A DNA stretch of 64,000 nt from Desulfomonilia bacterium (GCA_050014195.1 JBEKDT010000014.1:64001-128000), one strand, 5' to 3'. Positions 1 through 11,053 are shown, counted from the stretch's first letter. Numbers and translations: made by a program. Notes: generated from the letters alone by a model not told the origin.

Positions 1-1086
1 CTCCTGGTAGGCGTGATCCGGATTTGTCCAGTACGGGAGGGGTCCTTCATTCATGCCGATACGCCATTCGTCGCCCATCATCCCAATCCCGTGCTCAAAG
101 CCGGGAAGCATATACTCGGCAAAACCCTTGTCTTCGGCAAAGGCCATGGCCTCTTCTGCAATACTGAGAGGAGAGACACCGGCCTTGTAGGTCTTCAAGA
201 CGAGTGAAACGATGCTGATAAAGTTATCTGCATGCCACCTCTGGCGTTTGGTTTCATGCCCGATGATGTAATTATGGGCATGGTCCCCCAGGGCCAGCTT
301 GTACATGGCATGGATGTCCACCATGAGAGGATCGCCCCTTTTCAGTTTTCGGGTGGTTGCCGGGGTACAGGCGCATCCGGCCAAGCCGCTGCGATATCCG
401 CTTGCGATCTCGTTTCCCCCGGTGAATGACCACTCCCAGACACTGCCCGCTTTGCGCATGGCAAGGGCTGCGATCCCGGCGATTTCCGTCTCGGTCATGC
501 CTTTCCAACCACCACCGGAAATGGCTTCCTTGACTGCCTTGTGTCCTTCGTCCACTATACGGGAAGCCTTTCTGAACCGATTGATGGTCCCCTGGTCCTT
601 GATGAGCGAGAGCCTGTCCACGATGTGATGGGCATTTATAAGTTCAGAGCCCGACAGGGCGTCACGGAAGGATTCATATTCGTAATGCGTCAGGTTCCCT
701 TCCGCAAGGTAGTTGGACATGCCCGATTCATAGCCGATCCTGCCCTTCTTGCCCTTCAGGAGATCCTTGATGAAATCCGAGATGATGGTGATCTGGTCCA
801 TACCTCCCATGGGTGCGTAGCCCAGCACATGGTCCTCATCCAACCAGGATTCATCAGCGATCCTTGCGGCATCGATGACAAATGAGAAGACGGTAGGCAG
901 ACCCTCGGCAGGTATCACTACATAGCTTCTCCATGGGCAGAATGCATCCGACACCCAGGAAAGCGTTCTCAGCCGCGAGCCCAGATAGATGTCGATCTTC
1001 TCTTCGGCCATTTGCTTTTGTATGCGGGATACCCTTCCAGGGAAGTCGATATAATAAAGATCAGTAGGGTCGAGTACATAGGGCAT
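1..1086 (-). CDS. Xaa-Pro peptidase / M24 metallopeptidase family protein (C-terminus runs off the window; missing from the ORF track)
   Basis: Manual translation from ATG at 1086 (AAGGAGG RBS upstream) is open to base 1: MPYVLDPTDLYYIDFPGRVSRIQKQM...GMTETEIAG...LMVDIHAMYKLALGDHAHNY...GFEHGIG, matching the M24 metal-ligand pattern. Confidence 0.8.
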   Translation of the reverse strand, partial: MPYVLDPTDLYYIDFPGRVSRIQKQMAEEKIDIYLGSRLRTLSWVSDAFCPWRSYVVIPAEGLPTVFSFVIDAARIADESWLDEDHVLGYAPMGGMDQITIISDFIKDLLKGKKGRIGYESGMSNYLAEGNLTHYEYESFRDALSGSELINAHHIVDRLSLIKDQGTINRFRKASRIVDEGHKAVKEAISGGGWKGMTETEIAGIAALAMRKAGSVWEWSFTGGNEIASGYRSGLAGCACTPATTRKLKRGDPLMVDIHAMYKLALGDHAHNYIIGHETKRQRWHADNFISIVSLVLKTYKAGVSPLSIAEEAMAFAEDKGFAEYMLPGFEHGIGMMGDEWRIGMNEGPLPYWTNPDHAYQE

Positions 1087-1101
1087 TGGGGCGCCTCCTT
1101 T

Positions 1102-1503
1102 TCAGTACTGGGTGGGAATAGACCCCAGGACCTTGTTTATCCTGTCTGCGAGGGATGCAAGCTTGAGGGCCTTGACCATACTCCCTTTGAGTTTCAGCTT
1201 GCCGCTCATGAGAGCCCGCTGTGACGAGATTTTTCCCTGTGTGAGATTGGCAAACAGATCGTACGGCCCTGTGACCCTGAAATCGGCCTCCGGCGGCTCG
1301 CTGTCACCCACAAGGACCTTTGTGAATTTCCCGTTATCCATCTTGAAGTAGAGGAACTTGTCTTTCCCTCCGGGGCAGTCAAGGTACACATATGCCACCG
1401 ATGAGGTGAGATGTTTCATCTTCTCGGGGGTAATTTCCGTATTGAGTCTTTTTTCAACCTCATCCCGCCACTGACTGCTCAGATAAGTTACTTTATTCTC
1501 CAT
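1102..1503 (-). CDS. SCP2 sterol-binding domain protein
   Basis: C-terminal ADFRVTG...ALMSGKLKLKGSMVKALKL is typical of SCP2. Confidence 0.85.
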   Translation of the reverse strand: MENKVTYLSSQWRDEVEKRLNTEITPEKMKHLTSSVAYVYLDCPGGKDKFLYFKMDNGKFTKVLVGDSEPPEADFRVTGPYDLFANLTQGKISSQRALMSGKLKLKGSMVKALKLASLADRINKVLGSIPTQY

Positions 1504-1660
1504 GGCTATCCTCCTTTCTTGTATGTTCGGGTAAAGGTTAGAAGTGAAAAACCGATGATAAGTGATGAATAAATGAACAATAAATTCATATATTCATTAT
1601 ATAGCAAACCCGATTGATGTCAACAATGAAAGAACATATGGATCGCAAAAGCCATCGACT

Positions 1661-2605
1661 CTACTCAGGGGAAACTGGCCTCATGTGCTCCTTGATAAAG
1701 GCGACATAATCCTTCGTAGCCTCTTTAGGCCTCTCCAACATGGGCATATGGCCGCAGTCGGGCATGATAACGGTCTTTGCGTTCGGCAGGTAACGCTCCA
1801 GGACCTGTACCGTGGAGACGTGGGTGATCCTGTCATCGGCACCCCAGAGTATCAGCACAGGCAATCTCAGGTCAGGCAGCAGGGTAATCGCGTCCTTGTA
1901 ACTTGCATGGATATCGCTCCACATCTTCTGTTTGAAAGGACCATCTGCTACGGCCCTTCTTGCAAGCACCGAGCGCATCGGCCAGGGAAGGAAGGGTTCC
2001 TTGTAAAAGCCGTATTTCATGAGTTCGGCAAATGCATCAGACGTAGTGGGAATGAGAATGTTCTGCCCCTTCTCGATGGCCATCGTGAGGTCACTGGGCA
2101 CCGGTGAGGCGATGCCTGCGGTATCGAAGAGGCCGAGGGTAATCACCCGGTCGGGATTCTTTGCGGTATAAAGCATGCCTACCCATCCACCCATAGAGTT
2201 GCCCGCAAGATGGAAACGGTTCAGCTTGAGGGCATCTACGGCATCGGCGAACCCTTTTGCAATGAAGTCTATGGAGTAGGTCTTCTCATTGTCCTTGAAA
2301 CTCTCTCCATGCCCCGGCAGATCGAAGGCTATGATACGGTATTCTTTCGGTATATATCGTACAAAGCGATCCCAACCGTCTTTGTTTGCCCCGAATCCGT
2401 GGAGGAGGACAATGGTATCGCCGCTGCCCTGTCTCTCAAGGTATGCGATCTTTTGACCCGCTGTTGTTATAGAGGCTTCTTGAAGCCCGGAGATAATACG
2501 CTCTAGAGAGATCGCCAACTCATATATCGACTCCTGGGTGGAAGTGCAGTTGGTAAGAAAGAATAAAAGAAGGAGTGTGAACAGGACATGTGCGAATTTT
2601 TTCAT
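1661..2605 (-). CDS. alpha/beta hydrolase (lipase/esterase), probable lipoprotein
   Basis: HGFG oxyanion motif, GNSMGG nucleophile elbow, WGADD Asp and CGHMP His; signal peptide ending LTNC; start taken at MKKF after AGAGGGGG. Confidence 0.9.
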   Translation of the reverse strand: MKKFAHVLFTLLLLFFLTNCTSTQESIYELAISLERIISGLQEASITTAGQKIAYLERQGSGDTIVLLHGFGANKDGWDRFVRYIPKEYRIIAFDLPGHGESFKDNEKTYSIDFIAKGFADAVDALKLNRFHLAGNSMGGWVGMLYTAKNPDRVITLGLFDTAGIASPVPSDLTMAIEKGQNILIPTTSDAFAELMKYGFYKEPFLPWPMRSVLARRAVADGPFKQKMWSDIHASYKDAITLLPDLRLPVLILWGADDRITHVSTVQVLERYLPNAKTVIMPDCGHMPMLERPKEATKDYVAFIKEHMRPVSPE

Positions 2606-2702
2606 AGAGCCCCCTCTTGTAAGAAGCACCATTTCACGCCCTGACGGCCTTTACGCGATCTAAAGGTATCCTCGAGGCATTGATCCTGTCAATGGTTTTC
2701 CA

Positions 2703-3212
2703 TCATGTGTGTATTGCTGTTTTTATAATCCTTGAGAAGATTGGGAGCAGGAGTGTCGCCAGTATCACACTGCCTCCGGCCTGGAGGAGGTTCGCAGGTA
2801 CCTCTGCCAATGCAGCCTTCTGGTCATACATGAAAACCTCGGTAACATAGTAACCAAGCACCATCCAAGCGGTTGAGACGATGAAGCACAGGATGATAAA
2901 AAGGGTTATCTTGGTTGTGTTGATCTTCAGATACTTTATGCTGAACCCCATGAGCGTTGCCTCAAGGCCCTTGATAAACAGTGTCCAGGGGGCCCACTGG
3001 TAGTACCCTCCGAAGATGTCTGCCAGTGCCGAACCGATGCCCCCGGCCATAAATCCGAGAGCCGGACCGAAAAAGATGCCGGAGAGAAGGACCATGCTGT
3101 CACCCAGGTTCATATATCCATTGGTCTGGGGAATAGGGACGCGGACGATCATGGTGGCCACAGCCACAAGGGCCATGAAGAGCGCCAGCAGGGCGAGTTC
3201 TTTTACGTTCAT
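2703..3212 (-). CDS. ECF transporter S component
   Basis: Hydrophobic 169 aa with IPQTNGYMNLGD, GIGSALAD and WAPWTLFIKG motifs. Confidence 0.85.
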   Translation of the reverse strand: MNVKELALLALFMALVAVATMIVRVPIPQTNGYMNLGDSMVLLSGIFFGPALGFMAGGIGSALADIFGGYYQWAPWTLFIKGLEATLMGFSIKYLKINTTKITLFIILCFIVSTAWMVLGYYVTEVFMYDQKAALAEVPANLLQAGGSVILATLLLPIFSRIIKTAIHT

Positions 3213-3246
3213 GGATCGCCTCCTTAATTTCTATAATAATTGATCA

Positions 3247-4644
3247 TCATGATTGCATATACACGAGTGCCCTTTTCAGCCGGGACAGAACCACGGATTT
3301 CCCCAGGGTGACAATAATCTCAAAGATGCCCGGGGATACGGTCTTACCGGTGAGTGCTACCCGCATAGGCTGAGCGATGGTCTTAAATTTGAGTTTGTAT
3401 GTGTCAAGTATGGTTTTTACCACCTCTTCGGTCTTGGCTTTGTCTGCAAGGTCCGTCTGCTCGAACTGTTCGACGAGTGCCTTAAATACAGGGGCAAGCT
3501 CATGGGTATAGAACTGTTTTTTGAGATCTTCGGCAGGCTCCACTTCATGGAAATAGAAGTTGCCGAAATCCAGCATATCTCTAAGAGTCTTGGTGCGCTC
3601 CCGGATATCAATGACCACGTTTTTGAGATAATCCCTGCCGGGAGGCGCATATCCGCTCTTGGTGGTGAATTCTTCGAGGAGAACGGCGAGTCTATCCGGG
3701 TCTCCGGTCTTGATGTAGTGGTGGTTGAGCCAGAGGAGCTTCTCCGGGTTGAATACGGCGGCCGCCCGTCCCACATCGTGGACATCGAAATACTCGATGA
3801 GCTCATGAAGGGTGAAGATCTCCTGGTCTCCATGCGACCATGAGAGTCTGACAAGGTAATTCACCAGGGCCTCCGGGAGGTATCCCATTTCCTGGTATGC
3901 CATGACGGAGGTGGCGCCGTGCCTCTTGGAAAGCTTGGTCTTGTCAGGCCCGAGGATCATGGGGACATGGGCGAAGAAAGGCAGCGCAAATCCCAGTGCT
4001 TCATAGATCTTCACCTGCCGGGGGGTGTTGTTCACATGGTCATCGCCCCTGATCACATGGGTCATGTTCATGGTGGCATCATCGATGACGACGGTGAGGT
4101 TGTAGGTGGGCATGTTGTCCGACCGAAGCAGGATGAGATCGTCCATCTCCGCATTGTCGACGCTGATCCTGCCCTTGATGAGGTCATCGAAAGAGGTGAC
4201 TCCCATATCGGGCATGAGGAAGCGGACAACCCTGCCCGGACCGGGACCAAGGCCTTTGCCCCTGCACGTGCCGTCATATTTCGGTTTTTTCCCTTCTGCC
4301 AGGGCCCGGCTGCGTTTCCTTTCCAGTTCATCCGGGGTGCACTCGCACCAGTAGGCCTTGCCTTCATCTAAGAGCTTTTGTAAGGAGGATTTGTAGATAT
4401 CGAGTCGCTGCGACTGGTAGAAGGGACCCTCATCCCAGTCGAGGCCGAGCCATTTCATGGATTCCAGGATCTGCCGGGTATTTTCATCGGTCGAGCGTTC
4501 GGCATCGGTGTCTTCTATCCTGAGTATGAACTTCCCGCCGGAATGCCTTGCATGGAGCCATGAGAACAGGGCTGTCCTGACGCCGCCGATATGGAGTTGA
4601 CCCGTAGGTGATGGAGCGAACCGCGTTCTTATCTTGTGGGACAT
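3247..4644 (-). CDS. gltX: glutamate--tRNA ligase
   Basis: RTRFAPSPTG, HIGG, LRIEDTD, KLSKR. Confidence 0.97.
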   Translation of the reverse strand: MSHKIRTRFAPSPTGQLHIGGVRTALFSWLHARHSGGKFILRIEDTDAERSTDENTRQILESMKWLGLDWDEGPFYQSQRLDIYKSSLQKLLDEGKAYWCECTPDELERKRSRALAEGKKPKYDGTCRGKGLGPGPGRVVRFLMPDMGVTSFDDLIKGRISVDNAEMDDLILLRSDNMPTYNLTVVIDDATMNMTHVIRGDDHVNNTPRQVKIYEALGFALPFFAHVPMILGPDKTKLSKRHGATSVMAYQEMGYLPEALVNYLVRLSWSHGDQEIFTLHELIEYFDVHDVGRAAAVFNPEKLLWLNHHYIKTGDPDRLAVLLEEFTTKSGYAPPGRDYLKNVVIDIRERTKTLRDMLDFGNFYFHEVEPAEDLKKQFYTHELAPVFKALVEQFEQTDLADKAKTEEVVKTILDTYKLKFKTIAQPMRVALTGKTVSPGIFEIIVTLGKSVVLSRLKRALVYMQS

Positions 4645-4645
4645 T

Positions 4646-6565
4646 TCAGCCTCGTACCTTTTTATAGATATAATTGAGCAGCCCGCCTTCTTTCAGGATC
4701 TCGCTTTCGCGCACGGAAAGATTCAGGGTGCAGTTCAATCGTTTGCCGGAATTGAGTGTGGATACTTCTATCGGTGAAATATTGTTAAGGGCGGCATGGA
4801 TGTTATTCACCGAGACCTTGCCACCCTGGTCGAGCTCTGAATATCCCTGTTCGTCTATCCGGATAGGCAGAATCCCGAAGTTGATAAGGTTTGATCTGTG
4901 GATCCTGGCAAATGACTTGGCGAATACGGCCTTCACGCCCAGGTACATGGGGGCAAGCGCTGCATGCTCCCGAGAAGAGCCCTGGCCGTAGTTCTCGCCT
5001 GAGAGTATACAGCCGCTCCCGGCAGTCTTTGCATGGTCGAAGAACTCCTTGTCGATGCTTAAGAATACATACCGCGAGATTGCCTCGATATTTGAGCGCA
5101 AGGGCAGGATCTTGGAGCCTGCCGGCATGATATCGTCGGTGGTGATGTTGTCTTTGAGCTTCAGGAGGACCGAAAGCGTGAGCGCATCCTCCATGGGACC
5201 CCTCTTCGGCAGGGGTCGGATGTTGGGCCCCCTGCGTATCTGCACGCCGGCGGGATTTTCTGCAGGTTTTATGATCATAGAGTCATCGATAAGGAATGAA
5301 TCCGGCAGTTTTATCTCGGGGTATGCACCCAACTCCCGCGGATCAGTGAAGCTCCCCTTCAGCGCACAGGCCGTGGCCGCTTCAGGCGATGCGAGGTAGA
5401 CTTCGGCATCAGCCGTACCGGAGCGGCCTTTGAAGTTGCGGTTGAACGTCCGTACCGATACAGCCCCCGTGGAGGGGGCCTGGCCCATGCCGATGCATGG
5501 GCCGCAGGCCGTCTCCAAGACCCTTGCACCGGCCGCGATGATGTCGGTAAGACAACCGTTTGCAGCGAGCATCTCTAGGACCTGCCGTGATCCGGGCGCA
5601 ATTGAAAGGCTCACATCCGGGTGTATCTTTTTGCCTTTGAGCACAGCAGCAACAGCCATGAGGTCTTTCAGCGATGAGTTCGTGCACGAGCCGATGAGCA
5701 CCTGATCGACCTTCCTGCCGGAAAGCTCCCTTATTGTCTTTATATTGTCGGGGCTATGCGGGCAGGCAGCAAGGGGTTCGAGTGTTGAAAGGTCGATCTC
5801 GATTGTTTCGTCGTAAGCTGCCCCTTCATCTGCAGAGAGTGGTATCCATGCCGCTTCGCGGCCCTGTGCCTTCAGGAATGCACGGGTAATCTCATCGCTG
5901 GGAAAGATGGATGTGGTTGCGCCCAGCTCCGCCCCCATGTTGGTGATGGTGGCACGCTCCGGGACGCTCAAGCCTTTCACGCCAGGGCCATAGTACTCAA
6001 AGATCCTGCCGACACCTCCCTTAACGGTGAGCCTGCGCAGGATCTCCAGGATGATGTCCTTGGCGCTCACCCAGGGCCGGAGGCCGGACTTCAGGAGCAC
6101 GCCTACAACCTTGGGCCCCGGGATATTGAAGGGCATGCCTGCCATCGCGGCTGCAACGTCCAAGCCGCCGGCTCCGATAGCCAGCATCCCGATGCCTCCT
6201 CCTGTGGGTGTATGGCTGTCGGAGCCGAGCAGGGTCTTGCCGGGGATTCCGAATCGTTCAAGGTGGACCTGATGGCAGATGCCGTTTCCCGGCCTGGAGA
6301 AGTATATTCCGTATTTGTTTGCAATGTCCTTTAGGAAGCGGTGGTCGTCGGCATTTTCAAACCCGGTCTGGAGGGTGTTATGGTCCACGTAGCTCACGGA
6401 GAGCTCGGCTTTAACACGGTCCAGCCCCATGGCCTCGAACTCCAGATAGGCCATGGTTCCGGTGGCATCCTGGGTCAGTGTCTGATCGATATGAAGGGCA
6501 TACTCTTCATCAGTTGCCGCCACGAGGTGGCTCTCGATGATCTTGGCGGTCAGGGTCCGGGCCAT
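4646..6565 (-). CDS. aconitate hydratase (short, about 640-aa type)
   Basis: QDATGT, GICHQV, GSDSHT, GSCTNS, CGPCIG, NRNF, GSSREHA. Confidence 0.9.
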   Translation of the reverse strand: MARTLTAKIIESHLVAATDEEYALHIDQTLTQDATGTMAYLEFEAMGLDRVKAELSVSYVDHNTLQTGFENADDHRFLKDIANKYGIYFSRPGNGICHQVHLERFGIPGKTLLGSDSHTPTGGGIGMLAIGAGGLDVAAAMAGMPFNIPGPKVVGVLLKSGLRPWVSAKDIILEILRRLTVKGGVGRIFEYYGPGVKGLSVPERATITNMGAELGATTSIFPSDEITRAFLKAQGREAAWIPLSADEGAAYDETIEIDLSTLEPLAACPHSPDNIKTIRELSGRKVDQVLIGSCTNSSLKDLMAVAAVLKGKKIHPDVSLSIAPGSRQVLEMLAANGCLTDIIAAGARVLETACGPCIGMGQAPSTGAVSVRTFNRNFKGRSGTADAEVYLASPEAATACALKGSFTDPRELGAYPEIKLPDSFLIDDSMIIKPAENPAGVQIRRGPNIRPLPKRGPMEDALTLSVLLKLKDNITTDDIMPAGSKILPLRSNIEAISRYVFLSIDKEFFDHAKTAGSGCILSGENYGQGSSREHAALAPMYLGVKAVFAKSFARIHRSNLINFGILPIRIDEQGYSELDQGGKVSVNNIHAALNNISPIEVSTLNSGKRLNCTLNLSVRESEILKEGGLLNYIYKKVRG

Positions 6566-6738
6566 GGTTTCTCCTTATGAAAATGTCCCTTCATCTCTAA
6601 TGGAAGAGGGGCTGCTCGTCAAGGATGTAGGTTGAAAAGAGCGAAGCCAACCCCACCTGAATAAAAAGCATGGCGTTGTGAATAATAACCTGAAATGCAT
6701 CAGCTGGTATCTTACCAAATGATGAAGTTGAAGATTAA

Positions 6739-6864
6739 GAGCTTATCCATAAATAACGTTTACTTTTCTGAAGCGGATTATGGCCGCAGCAAGGTGGGTT
6801 AGGGCCAGATAGCTATCCAGTGTCTTCTCATATCAAACGACACTAATTATTTGCGGATAAACAC
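6739..6864. mobile_element. possible MITE / IS remnant
   Basis: Imperfect 18-bp terminal inverted repeats (GAGCTTATCCATAAATAA vs GTGTTTATCCGCAAATAA, 14/18) flanked on both sides by TTAA. Confidence 0.4.
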
Positions 6865-7016
6865 TTAATATGGGCTCACCCTAGATCATAGACTGTAAAT
6901 AAATACTGCTTTATGGAAATATAGTTCCATTATTTTCTAAAAGTCACCCCGAGCTTCAACCTAATCTATCCATGCTGTATAGTATAATCTATTGTTATTA
7001 CTTGCTTATGTATGTT

Positions 7017-7032
7017 TGGAATGATATTTGCT
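7017..7032 (+). promoter_or_regulatory. putative sigma54 (-24/-12) promoter
   Basis: TGGAATGATATTTGCT = GG-N10-GC about 40 bp upstream of a PEP-CTERM gene. Confidence 0.55.
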
Positions 7033-7072
7033 GTATTTATGTAAATTTCATCATGGATAAACAACGTATGGG

Positions 7073-7861
7073 GTGTTTATGTTCGTGAAACAGGTTAATA
7101 AATTGGTAGCTTTTATGATTGTAACCATTGCCCTGGGATTGTTTTCTAGCCCGACACATGCAGCTCTGATCAGCATTGAACGATACAACCAATATTCACT
7201 TTCATTCGATAATTTTTCCAACTTTGCGAATGCAACGTCGCCCTGTAGCATCCTCCAGACGTGGGCTGGTAATAGTGGCGATTCTGTTAATGAGACTACA
7301 TTTTATGCCGCTAATTGCACCAGCACCAGCTGGACTGGCGACAGCAATATGGGTGTGTCCAATGTAGTAGTTACCTCCGGTCAAGTGTCAGCAAGAATCA
7401 CTGCTCTTACGGGTTTAAATGGTACTACGAACATATCCTTTGATCATCCTCTAGGCGTTTTCCCCGGGGGTGGTACCGGGGTGTCCGTGTCCAATGGTCA
7501 ATATATTCTTGAGGCAAATTATACATCCGGCGGTGGCGTCAACTATGGGGGAACCTATTTGTGGCAAATGGTCATCCCAGGTAACTGGTCTACAATAGGT
7601 ACTTCTTTAGGAGATCACGAATTGTTGGGTTTCAACAGCGCTTACTGGACTATTGACGATAATTTTACATATAACAGCGGCACTAACACCACAACATTTC
7701 TTGCCAACGCCAAAGGCGGTTACACCGGTCAAAATATCAACTTGGACTTCAATCTCTACGGCGGTCCTGCGGCTACGCCGGTTCCCGAACCTGCCACATT
7801 GATGCTCCTCGGCTCTGGTCTGTTAGGTTTAGCAGGGTTTAGAAAGAAGATGAAAAAGTAA
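7073..7861 (+). CDS. PEP-CTERM sorting domain protein
   Basis: Signal peptide, S/T/G/N-rich body, C-terminal PVPEPATLMLLGSGLLGLAGFRKKMKK. Confidence 0.93.
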   Translation: MFMFVKQVNKLVAFMIVTIALGLFSSPTHAALISIERYNQYSLSFDNFSNFANATSPCSILQTWAGNSGDSVNETTFYAANCTSTSWTGDSNMGVSNVVVTSGQVSARITALTGLNGTTNISFDHPLGVFPGGGTGVSVSNGQYILEANYTSGGGVNYGGTYLWQMVIPGNWSTIGTSLGDHELLGFNSAYWTIDDNFTYNSGTNTTTFLANAKGGYTGQNINLDFNLYGGPAATPVPEPATLMLLGSGLLGLAGFRKKMKK

Positions 7862-7882
7862 CGTTGCGGTTTTCATGATTGC

Positions 7883-7915
7883 AAAAGCAGGGTCAATTTC
7901 AGGCCCTGCTTTTTT
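7883..7915 (+). terminator. intrinsic terminator
   Basis: AAAAGCAGGG...CCCTGCTTTTTT hairpin plus T-run after the stop codon. Confidence 0.75.
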
Positions 7916-8099
7916 ATTTCTTGAAGGCTTTTTAAATGTTATTGAATATTTCTTTTGATAAATATCAATTGCCCACGAGCACAAGAGACGAACGGAATGA
8001 TTCAACTATGGATGGATGGGAGACTTGAAATTATGTATACTGTGCTCTGCACTGCCGTATCCGTTCAGGGCACATTTACTTCATGAAAGGGGATATACC

Positions 8100-9911
8100 A
8101 TGGCTGAAAAATTCATCTCTGGAAGAAATCTGAAGTTCCTGCTGTATGAGATGTTCGATGCGGAGTCGCTCCTTAGCTATCCCCGTTATGCCGACCACAG
8201 CCGCGAGGTCTTCGACATGGTCATGGATACAGCCATGAAGATGGGAAAGGACCTGTTCAAACCGGTCCTTTCCGAAATGGATAAGAACCCTCCTGAGTAT
8301 GTGGACGGAAAGGTGAAGGTTCATCCGGCAGTGAGAACCATCATGCAGGAATGCGGGAGCGGCGGGTGGATCGGCGCCACCTTCGACTATGAACATGGAG
8401 GCCAGCAGCTGCCCGAGATGGTAGGCATGATGATCCCCACGGCCATATTTGCAGCTGCCAATTATTCCGCATCCATCTACCACGGGCTGACCACCGGGGC
8501 TGCCTTTCTGATCGCATCGTTCTGCCCCAAGAAGATCCAGGACCTGTATCTGCCAAAAATGATGGCAGGACAGTGGCAGGGGACCATGGCCCTGACCGAG
8601 CCTCAGGCCGGCAGCTCGCTCACCGACATCACATGCGCCGCAGAGCCTACCGAGGAAGGCTACTATCTGATCAGAGGGCAGAAGATATTCATCTCAGCAG
8701 GGGACCACGACTCCGCTGATAATATCATCCACCTGGCCCTGGCGAGGGTAAAGGGCGCACCAGCGGGCATCAAGGGCATCTCGCTCTTCCTCATCCCAAA
8801 GATGCGGATCGGATCCGGCGGCGAACTCGTGTTCAACGACGTCAACTGCGCCGGCATCTATCATAAGCTCGGCTATAGGGGCGGCCCCATCACCCAGCTC
8901 GCCTTCGGCGAGAGCGGCGACTGCCGGGGGTGGCTCGTGGGCGAGGCAAACAGGGGCCTGTCCTACATGTTTCAGATGATGAACGGGGCGAGGATCGATG
9001 TGGGCTTGGGTGCGGCATGCATCTCTTCTGCCGCCTACTATGCATCGCTTGAGTATGCCAAGGAACGCCCCCAGGGTCGCAGGCTCTCGTCCAAAGATCC
9101 CCTTTCACCTCAGGTGTCCATCATCGAGCACCCCGACATCAGACGCATGCTCCTGTTCCAGAAGGCAGTGGTTGAGGGTTCCCTCTCGCTGCTCATGCAG
9201 TGCAGCTACTACCACGACATGGAAAAGGTCAGCGAGGGCGAGCAGAAGGAGGACTACAACCTGCTCCTAGAGCTGCTGACGCCTGTCGCCAAGACCTACC
9301 CTTCCGAGATGGGCATCCTTTCCTGTAGCCAGGGGCTCCAGATCCTGGGCGGGTACGGCTACTGCGATGAGTTCCCCCTGGAGCAGTATTACCGCGATGT
9401 AAGGATCCATCCCATCCACGAGGGTACTACCGGCATCCAGGGTATGGACCTTCTGGGCCGCAAGATGACTATGAAGAAGGGCCGGGCCGGCCTGCTCTAC
9501 TTGGCCGAGGTCCGTAAAACCATCCAGACGGCGCAGACAAATGGTGGACTGAAGACCTTTGCCCACGATTTGGAAAAGGCCCTCTCGCAACTCGAGGGGG
9601 TGACGGCGCATCTCATCGGCATTGCCATGAAGGGTGACCCGGAACTCTTCCTGGCCGATGCAACCCTGTACCTGGAACTTTTCGGCATCATCGCCATAGC
9701 CTGGCAGTGGCTCCTACAGGCCTTGACTGCGAACAAAGCACTCAAAAAGGGGAGTCTTCTGAGCGGTGATATGAATTTCTACACCGGCAAGATCTATGCA
9801 TGCCGCTATTTCTATGGCTATGAGCTTCCCAAGATCGAGGGGCTGGCAAGACGCCTCATGAACAGCGACGGCCTGACCGTGGAGATAAAGAACGAGTATT
9901 TCGAGGAATAA
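8100..9911 (+). CDS. acyl-CoA dehydrogenase (long, about 600-aa type)
   Basis: GTMALTEPQAGS, GQKIFIS, GIKGISLF, LGGYGY, IHEGTTGIQ; start set at MAEKF. Confidence 0.95.
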   Translation: MAEKFISGRNLKFLLYEMFDAESLLSYPRYADHSREVFDMVMDTAMKMGKDLFKPVLSEMDKNPPEYVDGKVKVHPAVRTIMQECGSGGWIGATFDYEHGGQQLPEMVGMMIPTAIFAAANYSASIYHGLTTGAAFLIASFCPKKIQDLYLPKMMAGQWQGTMALTEPQAGSSLTDITCAAEPTEEGYYLIRGQKIFISAGDHDSADNIIHLALARVKGAPAGIKGISLFLIPKMRIGSGGELVFNDVNCAGIYHKLGYRGGPITQLAFGESGDCRGWLVGEANRGLSYMFQMMNGARIDVGLGAACISSAAYYASLEYAKERPQGRRLSSKDPLSPQVSIIEHPDIRRMLLFQKAVVEGSLSLLMQCSYYHDMEKVSEGEQKEDYNLLLELLTPVAKTYPSEMGILSCSQGLQILGGYGYCDEFPLEQYYRDVRIHPIHEGTTGIQGMDLLGRKMTMKKGRAGLLYLAEVRKTIQTAQTNGGLKTFAHDLEKALSQLEGVTAHLIGIAMKGDPELFLADATLYLELFGIIAIAWQWLLQALTANKALKKGSLLSGDMNFYTGKIYACRYFYGYELPKIEGLARRLMNSDGLTVEIKNEYFEE

Positions 9912-10039
9912 ACGAATATCCAAAGGCCGGGGCCTTCAATACGAAAGGACTTTTATGTGCAGCCAACGTTCAAGCTACTGCGCCGCAGGCTGCTGAGTCC
10001 AAGGCTCGAAGAAAGCGCAAGCAGCTGCCAACTGATGCG

Positions 10040-11053
10040 TCATTTCCCGACTACCAGAACTGCGAAGCTGTCCTTGATCATTGTCGGGCGCTGCCTCGAT
10101 CCTTCCGCCGTTGACGCCTTTTGAGGAGAAAACTGTGCGGCGGGCAGATAGATATTGTGGGTCTTGAGATCAATCGCCATTGTACGAGATCCAGGTTGCG
10201 TAGTAACAGTCTCTCCTACCTCGAACCTGCCCGGAGAAGACTCCCATACCACGGTAAGGGTACCATCTCCATTAGAGCTGAACGCCAGTCCTGTTTTCGG
10301 ATCAAAACCGTTTCCGTCAACACCTTCGCCAATCGGTACGGTGGCAATTACTTTGCCGGTCTCCGTGTCCAGAATGGCCATGACCTTGTTGTGGCATCCC
10401 GAATAGACGCGGTGATGCTCCGCATCAAGACCCATTCCGGTGGGTTCCTCACCAGGCTTGAGTGAATACCTTTTTGTAGGCGCGAGTTTCCGGCTGTCTA
10501 TTTCCACTACCTCATTGGTGTCTTCCATATTTACATAGACCTTTCCTTTGCCGTCTGCCGCCGCAAATTCCGGTTTACCGCCAAGGGCAATCGTGCCGGC
10601 AACCTCCCCGGAAGCGGCTCCGAACACAGTGGCGTCCTTGCTGCGGCCATTGAAAGTGAATACTCGTTGAGAGGCAGGGTCGTAAAGGATGGCATCGGGA
10701 TTTTCTCCGGTTTTCACTCGACCGAGGACCTTCAGTGTTTTCAAGTCGAAAATGGTTGCCGTATTTGCCCTTCCATTACTGGTAAAGCCTCGGTTCAACT
10801 CCGATGCTATAGCGATTCCATGCACGCCCGGAGTGTCGGCAATATCGCCCACTACCTTATCTGTATCGATATCTACCACCATAACGTGAGTGGAGCGGGA
10901 AATGTACAGCCGCCTGGCTGCGCTATCTACCGTCAGGTCGTCCCAACCGCCTTCGCCGCCCAGTTGCAGCTTTTTAATTACGTGATACCCGGGGTCTGCA
11001 GCATATGAAATAGTACCGACCAGGAGACTGCAAAACAATAAGAATACTTTCAA
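10040..11053 (-). CDS. YncE/YVTN-family beta-propeller secreted protein
   Basis: Signal peptide; GGEGGWD, GVHGIA, GENPDAI, GGKPEF repeats. Confidence 0.85.
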   Translation of the reverse strand: MKVFLLFCSLLVGTISYAADPGYHVIKKLQLGGEGGWDDLTVDSAARRLYISRSTHVMVVDIDTDKVVGDIADTPGVHGIAIASELNRGFTSNGRANTATIFDLKTLKVLGRVKTGENPDAILYDPASQRVFTFNGRSKDATVFGAASGEVAGTIALGGKPEFAAADGKGKVYVNMEDTNEVVEIDSRKLAPTKRYSLKPGEEPTGMGLDAEHHRVYSGCHNKVMAILDTETGKVIATVPIGEGVDGNGFDPKTGLAFSSNGDGTLTVVWESSPGRFEVGETVTTQPGSRTMAIDLKTHNIYLPAAQFSPQKASTAEGSRQRPTMIKDSFAVLVVGK